Source: Bdellovibrionales bacterium (GTDB lineage: Bacteria > Bdellovibrionota > Bdellovibrionia > Bdellovibrionales > DASUEL01). Taken from it: DNA of 64,000 nucleotides. Within the stretch, counting starts at the first letter, position 1; every line of letters starts with the position of its first letter. The stretch covers positions 1 through 64,000 of the forward strand of contig JBFWOZ010000001.1 of assembly GCA_050250255.1 (NCBI GenBank). The letters run 5' to 3'. Shown here in pieces: positions 27,028-37,057 of this stretch. A program made the translations under genes and the position numbers. The notes below the pieces were generated by a model, which searched no databases, was not told the origin of the DNA, and saw only the letters and a list, made by a program, of their open reading frames with translations.

Positions 27028-27251
27028 TCGACCTGAGTCGAGTCCTGAAATTTCACTCGACCGATCAAAATCGAGTTTTCACTCGAGAAATTGTGAATTT
27101 AGTGTCTCAAGATGAGATTTTTCACAGACAAAAGACGGGTTTTTATGCGTTACGTTGTAGTGGCCCGCTTGAGACGGAATTAAAATTGCCGATAAGAGTA
27201 AAACAGGTAAGATAGAAATTAAGCAGTAGTTGCAGTAATTTAGGATACTTG

Positions 27252-28253
27252 ATGAAGAAGCCAACAATCACATTTTTAATTGTGAGCAATCGCAAAGGGG
27301 TCACCCAGCGATTTAACTTTTCCGTGGCTTGGTTAAAAGCCATTGGTCTTCTTGTTTCTATTTTTGCATTACTCGTTTCTGTTGCTGCTGTGGATTATGT
27401 TGGGCTTTTAATGGAGTCGGTTCAATTAAAGCGGCTCAAAGCCGAGAACGCCCGCCTTGAAACCCAATTCCAGATCGTTGAAGGAAAGCTCGCCGCTTTC
27501 GAAAAACAAATGGATAAGGTGAAAAGCTCCTGGATTAAACTAAAAATGATTACGAACATGGAAGATCCAGACAGAGCTATGAAGCTAGCAATGGGTCCTA
27601 TCACTGCACCAGGCCGAACGATAGATGAGCTAAACATTCCTATGGACCAGCGTGAGCCGGCAGGCATCACGACCAAAGAAGATAATAGCTTTCTTGAAAG
27701 TCCACCCTTAGATCTCACAAAAAATGAAATTGCGGTTCAATCAAAAGATTACTCTTCTCTTTCTATTCGTATCGACGAAGCCGTTAAAGAGTCGGGTTTA
27801 CGTGAACAGGGCATTATTGAATTGTGGGAAAGTCTTCAGGGTCGTCAGAACCTGATGAAAGCCACACCCTCATCTTCTCCCGTCCGTGGATGGTTCACCT
27901 CGCGTTTCGGCTACCGGATCTCTCCTATGACAGGCCGAGCGATGATGCACCAAGGTTTAGATATCGCCGCGTCTCCCGGAACATCCGTGTACTCTCCAGC
28001 GGATGGTGTGGTTTCTTTTGCAGGATATGATTCTGGTTACGGAAAATTAGTTTCCATCGATCACGGATACGGAGTCGTCACTCGCTACGGACATAACTCT
28101 AAAATCTTCGTGAAAATGGGCCAGGTCGTTAAACGTGGTGATCTTCTCACCGCAGTTGGTAATACCGGTCACTCAACAGGTCCACACTTACACTACGAAG
28201 TACGCATCAATGGCGTACCGGTAGACCCTTCTAACTACATCCTCGAAGAATAA
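27252..28253 (+). CDS. M23 family metallopeptidase
   Basis: HQGLD, YGH, STGPHLHYEV; N-terminal TM and coiled coil. Confidence 0.95.
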   Translation: MKKPTITFLIVSNRKGVTQRFNFSVAWLKAIGLLVSIFALLVSVAAVDYVGLLMESVQLKRLKAENARLETQFQIVEGKLAAFEKQMDKVKSSWIKLKMITNMEDPDRAMKLAMGPITAPGRTIDELNIPMDQREPAGITTKEDNSFLESPPLDLTKNEIAVQSKDYSSLSIRIDEAVKESGLREQGIIELWESLQGRQNLMKATPSSSPVRGWFTSRFGYRISPMTGRAMMHQGLDIAASPGTSVYSPADGVVSFAGYDSGYGKLVSIDHGYGVVTRYGHNSKIFVKMGQVVKRGDLLTAVGNTGHSTGPHLHYEVRINGVPVDPSNYILEE

Positions 28254-28307
28254 AGGTACGGACACACTTTTGGGACTAGGTGCGTCCCAAAAGTGTGTCC
28301 GTACCTT
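28253..28307. repeat. REP-like palindrome (24-bp perfect arms)
   Basis: AAGGTACGGACACACTTTTGGGAC-taggtgc-GTCCCAAAAGTGTGTCCGTACCTT. Confidence 0.9.
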
Positions 28308-28316
28308 AGCAAAAAA

Positions 28317-29050
28317 TTACTGAGGAATCGCGTGAACGAAACCTTGAACGCGGTTGTGTACGGCCGTCGCAAATTGCGTGAGGAGCGGCTCTTTCACTTG
28401 AGCGGCTTCAAAAGCGCGCTTCACTTGCTCGAGACTTAAGCCTTTCATACGAAGAGAAAACCACTGGGCATGATCCAGTGGAATCGATTGAAATACCGAA
28501 TTCGCATCTTTGCCGTCATTGTACAATGTCACTGTTGCACCAGAGACACCAGCAACCACAGGAGGATTACTCGTGTAATCTTTGAGACGGAATTTATTGT
28601 GCTCAGCCAGCCACCCATTTTTCCAAGCGTGCCGCCGTAATCACCGATGATGTAAAACGGAGTCACTCCGTCGAAACTCACAATTTTGTTGTTCGTATCT
28701 TTTGTGTCCCAGTTCGCCACGATAGAATTCATAACTGCAAGGCCTGAAAATTCACGGGTTCCAACAAATTCGTTATTCTTGAAAGACCAGTAAGCGGATT
28801 CAGTAGGAGTTTTAGGTTTTTTTGATTTGCCACCAGTTGAAGGTGAAGGGGCGGGGGCTTGCGCATCTCTTCTTTCAAAACGAGCGGGCTTAAAAGATCC
28901 GTTGTTTGCAATGAAAGATCCTGCTCTTTGAAGTTGTGGTTTCACTCCATTAGAGAAAATGATTTGTCCTTCAGACACAAAATAAGTTTCTTCCACTCCA
29001 TATCCCGCGGCCCAAATAAGGCGAGTAGAAATCGTTCTCAAGCCATTCAC
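28317..29050 (-). pseudogene. frameshifted, probably 5'-truncated hypothetical gene
   Basis: Two overlapping minus-strand ORFs (28529-29050, 28317-28559); second frame opens near 28645; no clear RBS. Confidence 0.5.
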
Positions 29051-30016
29051 GCACAGAGAGAGTTTGCGACGGAGGTACTACGTCGGTGTGGTGAGTGTCG
29101 CGTTGAGGGTTTTAGCGCTAGGTGGGGAATTCGTGCATATCGTATTTCAATTCCCCACGTTGATTTTTGGTTTGTGATTAACTTAGATCCCGCCACGATC
29201 GAGGTGCAAACCAAACCCACGACTCTCGAAGATCTCAAAAAAATAGCACCTGTTTTACAAGAACTTATTTTTGATGCAGCTCGCGCCGTACACCTTCAAC
29301 CGTACTACGAAGCTGCGGGACACATACATCTATCCGTAAAGGGGGTTTTTCATGGAGATGCTGTTCTTTTTCGCAATTTCCTTGTTGATTTTGTTAACCA
29401 CTCCGAACTAGCCACGGGGGTTTTAGAATATGACCACATGAATGCGCCTCCGCTGTCGGCATTAACGCAAAAACAGCAGGAAGCGTTTCGACAGATCATT
29501 AAGGATTTTGATCGCACACAAAAGATGTCGATTCATGAGCTTGCCTCAAGAATCCAGAAAGAAGTCTTTACCGAGAGTCCTTCGGGGTGGACTCCGGCTG
29601 CCAAGTATCAGGCATTTTCTCTTGCACGCATCCTTAATCCTAATCTCACGGAAGAGGAATGGACTTTGGAAATTCGTTCGATTCGTGGTTCTCTTTCCAT
29701 GTTCGATACGATTCTCACTTTAGAGCTCTTCCATCGACGTATAGCCTATCTTCAAAAGAAAGGTGGACTGGTAACCCTCAGGAAAAGGCTTCTCTCTGCC
29801 GAGCTGTCAGAGCGCTCCGCAGAGTATTATTTTCGTCAGTATGTGAGCGAGATGAGGGCTTCGTGGGATAAATTTAAAGTCTTAATGATGAAGTACGGCG
29901 CTCAAGCACCCTCAGCGGAAGACATCTTGTCGCCACGACGATCGCCTTTTGAGCCTTATCCCATCGTTCGAAACAAAAAAAATCAGAGTTCCTGTTCGAG
30001 AACTCTGATCCCTTAA
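28859..30016 (+). CDS. amidoligase-like (COOH-NH2 ligase type 2) protein, start uncertain (probably truncated near 29050)
   Basis: TIEVQTKP, AAGHIHLS, KYQAFSL, TLEIRSIR motifs. Confidence 0.5.
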   Translation: MRISSFKTSGLKRSVVCNERSCSLKLWFHSIRENDLSFRHKISFFHSISRGPNKASRNRSQAIHAQREFATEVLRRCGECRVEGFSARWGIRAYRISIPHVDFWFVINLDPATIEVQTKPTTLEDLKKIAPVLQELIFDAARAVHLQPYYEAAGHIHLSVKGVFHGDAVLFRNFLVDFVNHSELATGVLEYDHMNAPPLSALTQKQQEAFRQIIKDFDRTQKMSIHELASRIQKEVFTESPSGWTPAAKYQAFSLARILNPNLTEEEWTLEIRSIRGSLSMFDTILTLELFHRRIAYLQKKGGLVTLRKRLLSAELSERSAEYYFRQYVSEMRASWDKFKVLMMKYGAQAPSAEDILSPRRSPFEPYPIVRNKKNQSSCSRTLIP

Positions 30017-30039
30017 TTTCTTGAATTGTAAGTAACGGA

Positions 30040-30435
30040 TTAGCGCTTGGAGTACTGGTAACGAGCGCGGGCTCCAGATTGACCGTACTTCTTTCTTTCC
30101 ACCATTCGCGGATCTCTCATGAGGAATCCTGCTTTTTTAAGCTGAGGGCGGTTCGCAGCATCAAAAATGACGAGAGCACGAGAAAGAGCATGTCGAATCG
30201 CTCCTGCTTGGCCGGCTTCTCCGCCACCGCTGACAGTGACGTACAGATCAAATTTATTTAATTGATTCAAAAGCTCAAGCGGCTGAAGAGCGATTGTGCG
30301 AGAAGTTGAGCGCTTAAGGTAATTTTCCAAATCGCGGCCATTTACTTCGATAGCACCTTTTCCGGGCTTCATGAATACACGAGCTGCGCTGGTTTTACGT
30401 CTTCCTGTTGCGTAGTAAACTTTTTCTTTAGACAT
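30040..30435 (-). CDS. rpsI: 30S ribosomal protein S9
   Basis: TGRRKTSAARV...RDPRMVERKKYG..QYSKR. Confidence 0.99.
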   Translation of the reverse strand: MSKEKVYYATGRRKTSAARVFMKPGKGAIEVNGRDLENYLKRSTSRTIALQPLELLNQLNKFDLYVTVSGGGEAGQAGAIRHALSRALVIFDAANRPQLKKAGFLMRDPRMVERKKYGQSGARARYQYSKR

Positions 30436-30447
30436 GGTGACCTTTCC

Positions 30448-30876
30448 TTAAACTTTCAATGCTTCTGGTTTTTGAGCTTTATGTGGATGTTCGGCTCCAG
30501 GGTAAACTTTCAAATGCGTAAGAAGCTTATTAGAAAGTTTATTTGCAGGAAGCATCCCTTGAACGGCTTTCAAAATCATATCCGCAGGTTCACGCTCAAG
30601 AAGTTCTGCAGCAGTTAATGCATGCAAACCACCGAAGTATCGTGAGTGACGGTAATAGATTTTGTCAGACATTTTTTTACCAGTGAGTTTTACTTTTTTA
30701 GAGTTGATCACAACAACAAGATCACCAGTATCTACGTTAGGTGTGAACACAGCTTTGTTTTTTCCGCGAAGTACAACAGCGATTTCTGTCGCGAGACGAC
30801 CCAAAGTTTTATCTGTGGCATCAACGATCCACCATTTTTTTTCAACAGCTTCTTCTTTTGCAATAAACGTTTTCAT
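30448..30876 (-). CDS. rplM: 50S ribosomal protein L13
   Basis: WWIVDA..LGRLA..LRGKNK..TPNVDTGD..HPHKAQKP. Confidence 0.99.
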   Translation of the reverse strand: MKTFIAKEEAVEKKWWIVDATDKTLGRLATEIAVVLRGKNKAVFTPNVDTGDLVVVINSKKVKLTGKKMSDKIYYRHSRYFGGLHALTAAELLEREPADMILKAVQGMLPANKLSNKLLTHLKVYPGAEHPHKAQKPEALKV

Positions 30877-30923
30877 AACGGCTCCGATACTGGTCACATA
30901 AGTCTTTAAACTGAGGGAACTTT

Positions 30924-31718
30924 TTAAATTTTACGGCATTCATTGTCAAGAAACTCCGGGTAATAAACCCGAGAGAGTGTAAGTCCTTGCGGAGGAGCCG
31001 TCGTTCCCGCCGCCTGACGTGACTTTGCGGCGAGCACCTGGAGCACGTAATCGGGCTTTCTGGCGTATTTCTGCATATCTAGAAGGGTGCCTACGATGTT
31101 TCTCACCATCTGCTTAAGAAAGCCACTGCCCGTAATGGTGAAGGTGATGCGCCCATTTCCATCGGTTTCCCAAAAGGCCTCAAGGATTTCACGGTCCGAA
31201 CTTTTGGGAGTGGAACCGGAGCTCTGAAAGCTCTTAAAGTCATGATATCCCAAAATAAATTGGCTTGCTTCGTTAAGGAAATCGACGTCCAAAGGGCGCC
31301 TAACATGAGTGAAAAAACGCTGATTAAAGACATTAGGAATACGGCGATTATCGATACGGTATTTGTAAGTTTTTTTCGTCACATCGCGAAGGGCGTGAAA
31401 CTCAGGTGGCGCAATCCATATGCGGCGAACGGCAATTGTATGAGGGGTAAGTTTCTGCAAGGCATCATGAAGACGAGGGATTCGGGCAGGGTCTAAGGGG
31501 GCGTCAAAGTGCGCGTGGTAGGCTTCTGCGTGGACTCCAGAATCTGTTCTTCCACATCCCATGACCTTGATGGACCGACTAAAAAATTCACTAAGAGCCT
31601 CTTCCATCGTTTGTTGAAGGGTGATCGGAGTGTGCCCAAGTCTCTGCCAACCGAAATAATCGGTGCCATCAAAAGACAAACACATACGAAATCGAGTTAT
31701 AGGATGGGGCGAGTTCAT
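30924..31718 (-). CDS. truA: tRNA pseudouridine(38-40) synthase
   Basis: FDGTDYFGWQ, GRTDSGVHA, FLKQMVRNIVG. Confidence 0.97.
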   Translation of the reverse strand: MNSPHPITRFRMCLSFDGTDYFGWQRLGHTPITLQQTMEEALSEFFSRSIKVMGCGRTDSGVHAEAYHAHFDAPLDPARIPRLHDALQKLTPHTIAVRRIWIAPPEFHALRDVTKKTYKYRIDNRRIPNVFNQRFFTHVRRPLDVDFLNEASQFILGYHDFKSFQSSGSTPKSSDREILEAFWETDGNGRITFTITGSGFLKQMVRNIVGTLLDMQKYARKPDYVLQVLAAKSRQAAGTTAPPQGLTLSRVYYPEFLDNECRKI

Positions 31719-31722
31719 GAGA

Positions 31723-34095
31723 TCAGAACTCTACCATGAAACCTGCGCTGAAGGAATCGTTTGAGAAATCGATATCGCTGTCGAGGCCGTGTACGGACCG
31801 ATACTCTGCCGTCAACCACATATGGTTAATACCGTAATCACTGTCCACTTCGGCAATCGCGCGAGGTGCGAAACTATCTAAAAGAAAAGATCCACCGAGA
31901 GCGAAGTAAGCAACGGGGGAGCCACCGTACTTTGTGCGTTTGTAATCGTCACGTAATTCTATAAAGGTGTAGTAGCCAGCACCGGCTTCCGCAAATGGAA
32001 CCAGAAACTGTTTGTTCCAAAAATCAAGACGGTAAATCGCACCAACGGTATTAGGAAACATGATGAAGGTGTATTCTTCCTTCGCTTGTAGGCGGGGATT
32101 ATTTTTAAATCGCCCTTTACCCTGAGCGGTGAATACTCCCGTACCACCTTTTAAACCGAGCTTCCCAAAGGATTGGAACATCTGCCATTCAAAGTCGGTG
32201 TACACGATGGTGCCCGCGGAGCTGGAGTACACATCATCAAAGCGTACAGGATCGCCATTCACACTGTTATTTTGTAAGGAGGCGGGACGAAAGCTTCCGA
32301 CTCGAAGTGAAGCGGCGTATTTTTGCGGGCTGAATTTAGGTGGGTATTGAATCTCGCGTTTTTTTTTAGAAATTTTCGCAGGAGGAAGCATTTGTTTTTC
32401 GAGCTCGAAAATGGTGTCTTTTTTCCCGCTGATTCTTGTTCGTCGAACACGCTGCTTTTGCTCAATCATTTCTGCTTGTGTTTTCAACTCTTCAATTTTT
32501 TGATTGTCAGAATCGAGTTGCTGTTGATCGGTCATCAAACTCTTTTCAACTTTTTGCAGCTTATTCTGAATGGCTTCTTTACGTTCGGAAGTCAGCGGAA
32601 TGGTTTTGCTTGGTGCCTCGGTGGTTGGTGGGGCTTCTTGAATCACCACGGGTGGTTCTTCATTGGGAGATACATAAGGTGCTTCAGCGGGTGGAGCGTC
32701 TTCCTCGGGTGGAAGCGACTCTTCTTGCGCGCGAAGAGTTTGGGCCCAAAGTGCTGCTGAAATAAAAACGAAGAAAAGAAACAGACGATTTTTTTTGAGT
32801 ACAAAAACGGGAAGAGAGCTCTTCACGCGTAATCTTGTAACCATAAAAGTGACTAAAATAAAAAGACTCATGAAAGTCAAAAGCGCAAAGACAAAAGAAA
32901 ATTCTAAAGCCAAAGTGGCAAACGCCCAAAATGGAAGAAGCACAAAGCGAACCGCACCACGTGCCCATTCACGGTCGCGAATCCAATCGGCAACAGGTGG
33001 GCTGTGCTTGTAGTAGAATTTTACAAAGCTGCGTCCTAGAGAGTGAGATTGAAGAAATTGGCTACGGAATTGTCGAAGGACAAGAACGTGAGGTTCAAAA
33101 GAAGAACCGTACGCAGCCGTCGCAATAAAGCAATTCGCTTCTTTAGTAAGCACTCCAACTACTTCGCTTGGAGCGGCTCGATGTCTGGTTGGGGTACTAT
33201 AAGAGGTAAAGAAACCTATGTTTTCAGCTTTGTCGACATTGGCTAAGCGAAAGCAATAGTAAACATCGTTTTGAAAACCTTCGACCATATCTTCGTATTC
33301 GGCCCCACCGGTCGATTTCACACCAACAGGAATTTCTTTAAAAGGAGTGGTGTCGAATGAATAAGACGCATCTGTCACAGAAGTTTCGGTTTCGCAGGGA
33401 AGATAATAGAGTCGCACGCTCTTAAAAGCAAGGTTTCCAGATCTTGTGGGATATAGCCCATCACTCACGTCGAGAGAAAGATAAATTTTTTCATCTCCTG
33501 GAAACACTGACAGATCGCAAGCACCAGTACCGGCAGTAGTGGGAGTGCAGGTAGTTGTGTTTTGAGTAGAGGTATCCAAGGACTGGAAGCTCACGGTTAC
33601 AGAGATACTATTGTCTGGAGAGGTGCCAATTTTTAGTGTTGGAGATTTAATTGTTCCACCAGAATTACAACTTCCGCTGTTAATTCGATTACAGATTTCA
33701 GTCCAATCTAAAGTGACAAAAGCAGTTTGGCCTGCTGTTACGGAACTAGACGCAGAAACAACGGTGAGTGCTGCGTCGGCGGAGGTGTAGGCCTGTGCGG
33801 CTCCTGCATCGGTATCCGAAGTGAAGCTAAATGTAACGTAACTGCCATCCTTCACAAATCTTGTAGAGCAAGCAACGCCAGTTCCGATACTTCCAGTACA
33901 ATTGCTACAGGTTTCAGTAATGCTTCCCGTGGTGCAATCCGTGCCAGTTCGACCTACATAGACTGTAGCTGTTGTTGCGGTGATTTCTTTATTGGAGTAA
34001 GCGCCAGAAATATCGGTGATAGTGATCGCCGCAAACGCAGAGGACGACCACAAGAATGTGCCTAAAAGGAGGACTTGGATGAAAGCTTGTTTCAT
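31723..34095 (-). CDS. Cys/Thr-rich secreted protein with CFI-box, fused in frame to an outer-membrane beta-barrel
   Basis: CFIATAAYGS..LRQFR..FVKFYYKHSPP; TM; second signal-peptide-like segment; C-terminal barrel ending FMVEF. Confidence 0.7.
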   Translation of the reverse strand: MKQAFIQVLLLGTFLWSSSAFAAITITDISGAYSNKEITATTATVYVGRTGTDCTTGSITETCSNCTGSIGTGVACSTRFVKDGSYVTFSFTSDTDAGAAQAYTSADAALTVVSASSSVTAGQTAFVTLDWTEICNRINSGSCNSGGTIKSPTLKIGTSPDNSISVTVSFQSLDTSTQNTTTCTPTTAGTGACDLSVFPGDEKIYLSLDVSDGLYPTRSGNLAFKSVRLYYLPCETETSVTDASYSFDTTPFKEIPVGVKSTGGAEYEDMVEGFQNDVYYCFRLANVDKAENIGFFTSYSTPTRHRAAPSEVVGVLTKEANCFIATAAYGSSFEPHVLVLRQFRSQFLQSHSLGRSFVKFYYKHSPPVADWIRDREWARGAVRFVLLPFWAFATLALEFSFVFALLTFMSLFILVTFMVTRLRVKSSLPVFVLKKNRLFLFFVFISAALWAQTLRAQEESLPPEEDAPPAEAPYVSPNEEPPVVIQEAPPTTEAPSKTIPLTSERKEAIQNKLQKVEKSLMTDQQQLDSDNQKIEELKTQAEMIEQKQRVRRTRISGKKDTIFELEKQMLPPAKISKKKREIQYPPKFSPQKYAASLRVGSFRPASLQNNSVNGDPVRFDDVYSSSAGTIVYTDFEWQMFQSFGKLGLKGGTGVFTAQGKGRFKNNPRLQAKEEYTFIMFPNTVGAIYRLDFWNKQFLVPFAEAGAGYYTFIELRDDYKRTKYGGSPVAYFALGGSFLLDSFAPRAIAEVDSDYGINHMWLTAEYRSVHGLDSDIDFSNDSFSAGFMVEF

Positions 34096-34107
34096 CTAAA
34101 TATCTGA

Positions 34108-35148
34108 TCACGAGCCTCGGGTTATGTCAAAAATTTGCTCGGCGATTTGAATGCCGTTAAGAGCAGCGCCTTTACGCACGTTATCGGCGGCAATCCACAT
34201 CAGCCAAGTGCGGGGATCGTCGCTGTCACGGCGAATACGGCCCACATAGACGGGATCTTTCCCGGAGACCGTAATGGACATGGGATAAGAGTTGTTCGAT
34301 GGATCATCCATCACTTCGATACCAGCGGCGGGTCGAAGAGTTCTTAAGATATCTTCGTGATTTACGGTGCGATCGAGCGTCACCCACACAGCTTCACAGT
34401 GAGAGTTGAGTGCAGGGACACGAACCGCCGTCGCGGTGATTTTAAGATTTGGGAGCTCCATAATCTTTTTGGTTTCGCCCATGATCTTAAGCTCTTCTTC
34501 GCTAAAACCTGTGTCGTTGATCTCACCAATTTGGGGAATCACATTGAAAGCAATTGGATGTGGTAAATATTGTGGCTTTAAATCATTAGGAGCCGCTTTA
34601 TTGAGCACTTCTTGCGATTGCGTTTTTAATTCTTCAATAGCATCACGACCAGCCCCACTCACGGCTTGGTAGCTCGAGACCACCACTTTCGAAATCCCGA
34701 AAGCTTTTTGCAGAGGCTGGAGAACTGCGACAAGTTGAATCGTTGAGCAATTAGGATTAGCGATCAAAGCGGGTTTTGTTGCGGGAGGAAGAAGATGCCC
34801 GTTCACTTCCGGAACGACGAGAGGAATTTCTTTATTCATGCGAAATGCAGAAGAATTATCGATGGCAAAAGCGCCCTCTTTCACCGCAATCGGCGCCCAT
34901 TCGCGACTGATGGGATTTCCGGCAGAGAAAAACACGACATCGAGTCCACGAAAACAATTTTCCGAGAGAGTTTGTACGGAAATATTTTGTCCACGAAACT
35001 TAATTGTCGAGCCTTCGGATTTTTGACCCGCAAAAGCACGGAGTTCGCCGATGGAAATTTTGCGATCTTCTAAGATTTTAATAAATTCTTGGCCAACGAT
35101 ACCTGTTGCACCAACAACGCCAACATTCATGAGAGAGCTGGGAGCCAT
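34108..35148 (-). CDS. asd: aspartate-semialdehyde dehydrogenase
   Basis: VVGATGIVG, DNSSAFR, ANPNCST, DNVRKGAALN. Confidence 0.97.
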   Translation of the reverse strand: MAPSSLMNVGVVGATGIVGQEFIKILEDRKISIGELRAFAGQKSEGSTIKFRGQNISVQTLSENCFRGLDVVFFSAGNPISREWAPIAVKEGAFAIDNSSAFRMNKEIPLVVPEVNGHLLPPATKPALIANPNCSTIQLVAVLQPLQKAFGISKVVVSSYQAVSGAGRDAIEELKTQSQEVLNKAAPNDLKPQYLPHPIAFNVIPQIGEINDTGFSEEELKIMGETKKIMELPNLKITATAVRVPALNSHCEAVWVTLDRTVNHEDILRTLRPAAGIEVMDDPSNNSYPMSITVSGKDPVYVGRIRRDSDDPRTWLMWIAADNVRKGAALNGIQIAEQIFDITRGS

Positions 35149-35993
35149 TAATCGCCTCCTGTGTAATCATCCTCAAAAGAAGGCGTGTTGACGTAAACTT
35201 GGGCTGTGGTCTTCTTTTTTCCGATATTTAAAATTCCAAAAATAGCACCTAAAAGAGCGTAAGTGAGAAAGAGAACAAAGAGCATCACTTCGGGTCTTAA
35301 AGCCACGACCACAAGAAGGACCGTTGCGGTTACGAGATAGCGGAAGGGAAGTCGCTCTTTCAAATCGAGATCCTTAAAACTGCGATAGCGAAACGTGCTC
35401 ACCATCACGAAAGAAAGTAAGAAAGTCATAAGGAGCAGCGGTAAACTTTTGTAAGCTTCAAGTCCTAAATCGTGAAAGCAAAGCACAGATCCTGAGACAA
35501 TGCCTGCGGCCATTGGAATCGGAAGGCCTTGAAAATCTTTTCGCTCGACGATGTGAGCTTGAACGTTAAAACGAGCGAGTCGTAAAGCTCCGCAAGCTAC
35601 AAAAAGAAATGCTGCGAGCCAACCGAGTCGACCAAAAGGTTGCAGGGCCCAGAGAAACATTAAAATCGCAGGCGCCATTCCAAAGCTGATCAGATCACTG
35701 AGAGAATCATACTCGGCACCGAAGTGACTGGTGGTGTTCGTCATGCGTGCGACACGTCCGTCGAAAAGATCAAATGCGGCGGCGGCGACAATCGCGTAAG
35801 CGGCCGTAAGATAATCACCTTTGATGGAGTAGATGACCGACATAAATCCAAAAAACATGTTGGCCGTGGTGAAGAGATTCGGAAGAATGTAAATCGAAAG
35901 AGGTACACGATTTCGCAATCGGATGCGTCTCTTCTCAACTCCCTTTAATTCTCGACGTTTCAATGAAAACTTTTTGATGTGATCTAACTCCAT
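35148..35993 (-). CDS. pssA: CDP-diacylglycerol--serine O-phosphatidyltransferase
   Basis: LPNLFT, DLFDGRVAR..FGAEYDSLSD, LRLARFN, FQGLPIP. Confidence 0.93.
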   Translation of the reverse strand: MELDHIKKFSLKRRELKGVEKRRIRLRNRVPLSIYILPNLFTTANMFFGFMSVIYSIKGDYLTAAYAIVAAAAFDLFDGRVARMTNTTSHFGAEYDSLSDLISFGMAPAILMFLWALQPFGRLGWLAAFLFVACGALRLARFNVQAHIVERKDFQGLPIPMAAGIVSGSVLCFHDLGLEAYKSLPLLLMTFLLSFVMVSTFRYRSFKDLDLKERLPFRYLVTATVLLVVVALRPEVMLFVLFLTYALLGAIFGILNIGKKKTTAQVYVNTPSFEDDYTGGD

Positions 35994-36032
35994 GTGCAAT
36001 GTTTTACCACAGGATCTAAGGGGTCACAAGAG

Positions 36033-36297
36033 TAGAACCCATCTCATAAATAGGCAAGCCCCGACGATTTCCCAATAGTTCCAAGACCGCGGCACGAGGA
36101 GGAGTCATAGTGGTGCTATGCCGACGACGAGTAACAAAGGGATTGGAACTATTGGGAATCGCCCAAGGGTTTTTTGTTATTGTTTCAATCTCTTCGTTGC
36201 TCCTTCTCACCATAGTACCACTATGCTTCGTCGTCGCGCCTTGATCTTGAATCAATAACAAAAAATCGGGGTTTGCCTATTTATGAGATGGGTTCTA
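36033..36297. mobile_element. 265-bp MITE-like or ncRNA-like structured element with 32-bp terminal inverted repeats
   Basis: TAGAACCCATCTCATAAATAGGCAAGCCCCGA / TCGGGGTTTGCCTATTTATGAGATGGGTTCTA (one mismatch); TA at both ends; internal 16- and 13-bp inverted repeats. Confidence 0.7.
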
Positions 36298-36298
36298 A

Positions 36299-37057
36299 CT
36301 AAGCGAAGCCACCAAAGGTCATGAAAAGAAACCACAGCAAGGTGGAGCTATAAATAGGAAATGAGAAATTATCATCCCATTTTCCGAGAGGAATAACTTC
36401 TGAAACCGCGCCAATTAAACCTGTGATGAGGGCGACTAAAATCGCGCGTTCCGCCATGACATTGTTATAGAGAAAGTACACATAACTCACGAGAGTGCAG
36501 ACCAGAAAAGCGGCGCAAGCTCCCTGGAGGCTTTTATTTCTCCAGATTTTGTCTTTTCCAAAGCGAACTCCGAAGATAGTCGCTGCCGGATCGCCAAAAG
36601 CGAGCATGAGGAGGCTCAACTCAACAATCGATCTCGGGAAGAGAGTTGTAATAATAAAAATCCCGAGGAAGAGGTAAGTTACGCCTGACAGTGCGTTGAC
36701 TTCACTTTCTCGAAGAATGGGTCGAAACCACTTTAAGACAAATTGGTTTAAACGTGGAATATGGAGTCTTAGAAAATCGGGTAGTGCGAAAATGAGAAGC
36801 GCAAAAACGAGCAAAATTAAGGCGCTGGGATAATTCACGGCTTGGTAAATAAGGGCAATGGCTAAGACTCCCAAGACATGCCAGATTCGTCTGGCCCAAT
36901 GAATCGCCGCACGTGGCTTATAGGTCCCAGAATTCATCCCTAACGGGGTGGATTGAGGCTGAGAAGGACGATGTTGAGTGTTCTGATCCAAAGGTGCCTG
37001 TCCTGGTGGGGTTTTCGACCTAGAAAAATTTGTTGGTTCTGTTTTCACTGAGAGCAT
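36299..37057 (-). CDS. CTP-dependent diacylglycerol/polyprenol kinase family membrane protein
   Basis: RRIWH, LRESE, GDPAATIFG..FG, NKSLQG, DDNF. Confidence 0.85.
   Translation of the reverse strand: MLSVKTEPTNFSRSKTPPGQAPLDQNTQHRPSQPQSTPLGMNSGTYKPRAAIHWARRIWHVLGVLAIALIYQAVNYPSALILLVFALLIFALPDFLRLHIPRLNQFVLKWFRPILRESEVNALSGVTYLFLGIFIITTLFPRSIVELSLLMLAFGDPAATIFGVRFGKDKIWRNKSLQGACAAFLVCTLVSYVYFLYNNVMAERAILVALITGLIGAVSEVIPLGKWDDNFSFPIYSSTLLWFLFMTFGGFA

Noticed and set aside
36016..36261. 81-aa ORF inside the structured element
   Set aside because: TTG start, no recognisable motif; the sequence is explained by base-pairing constraints
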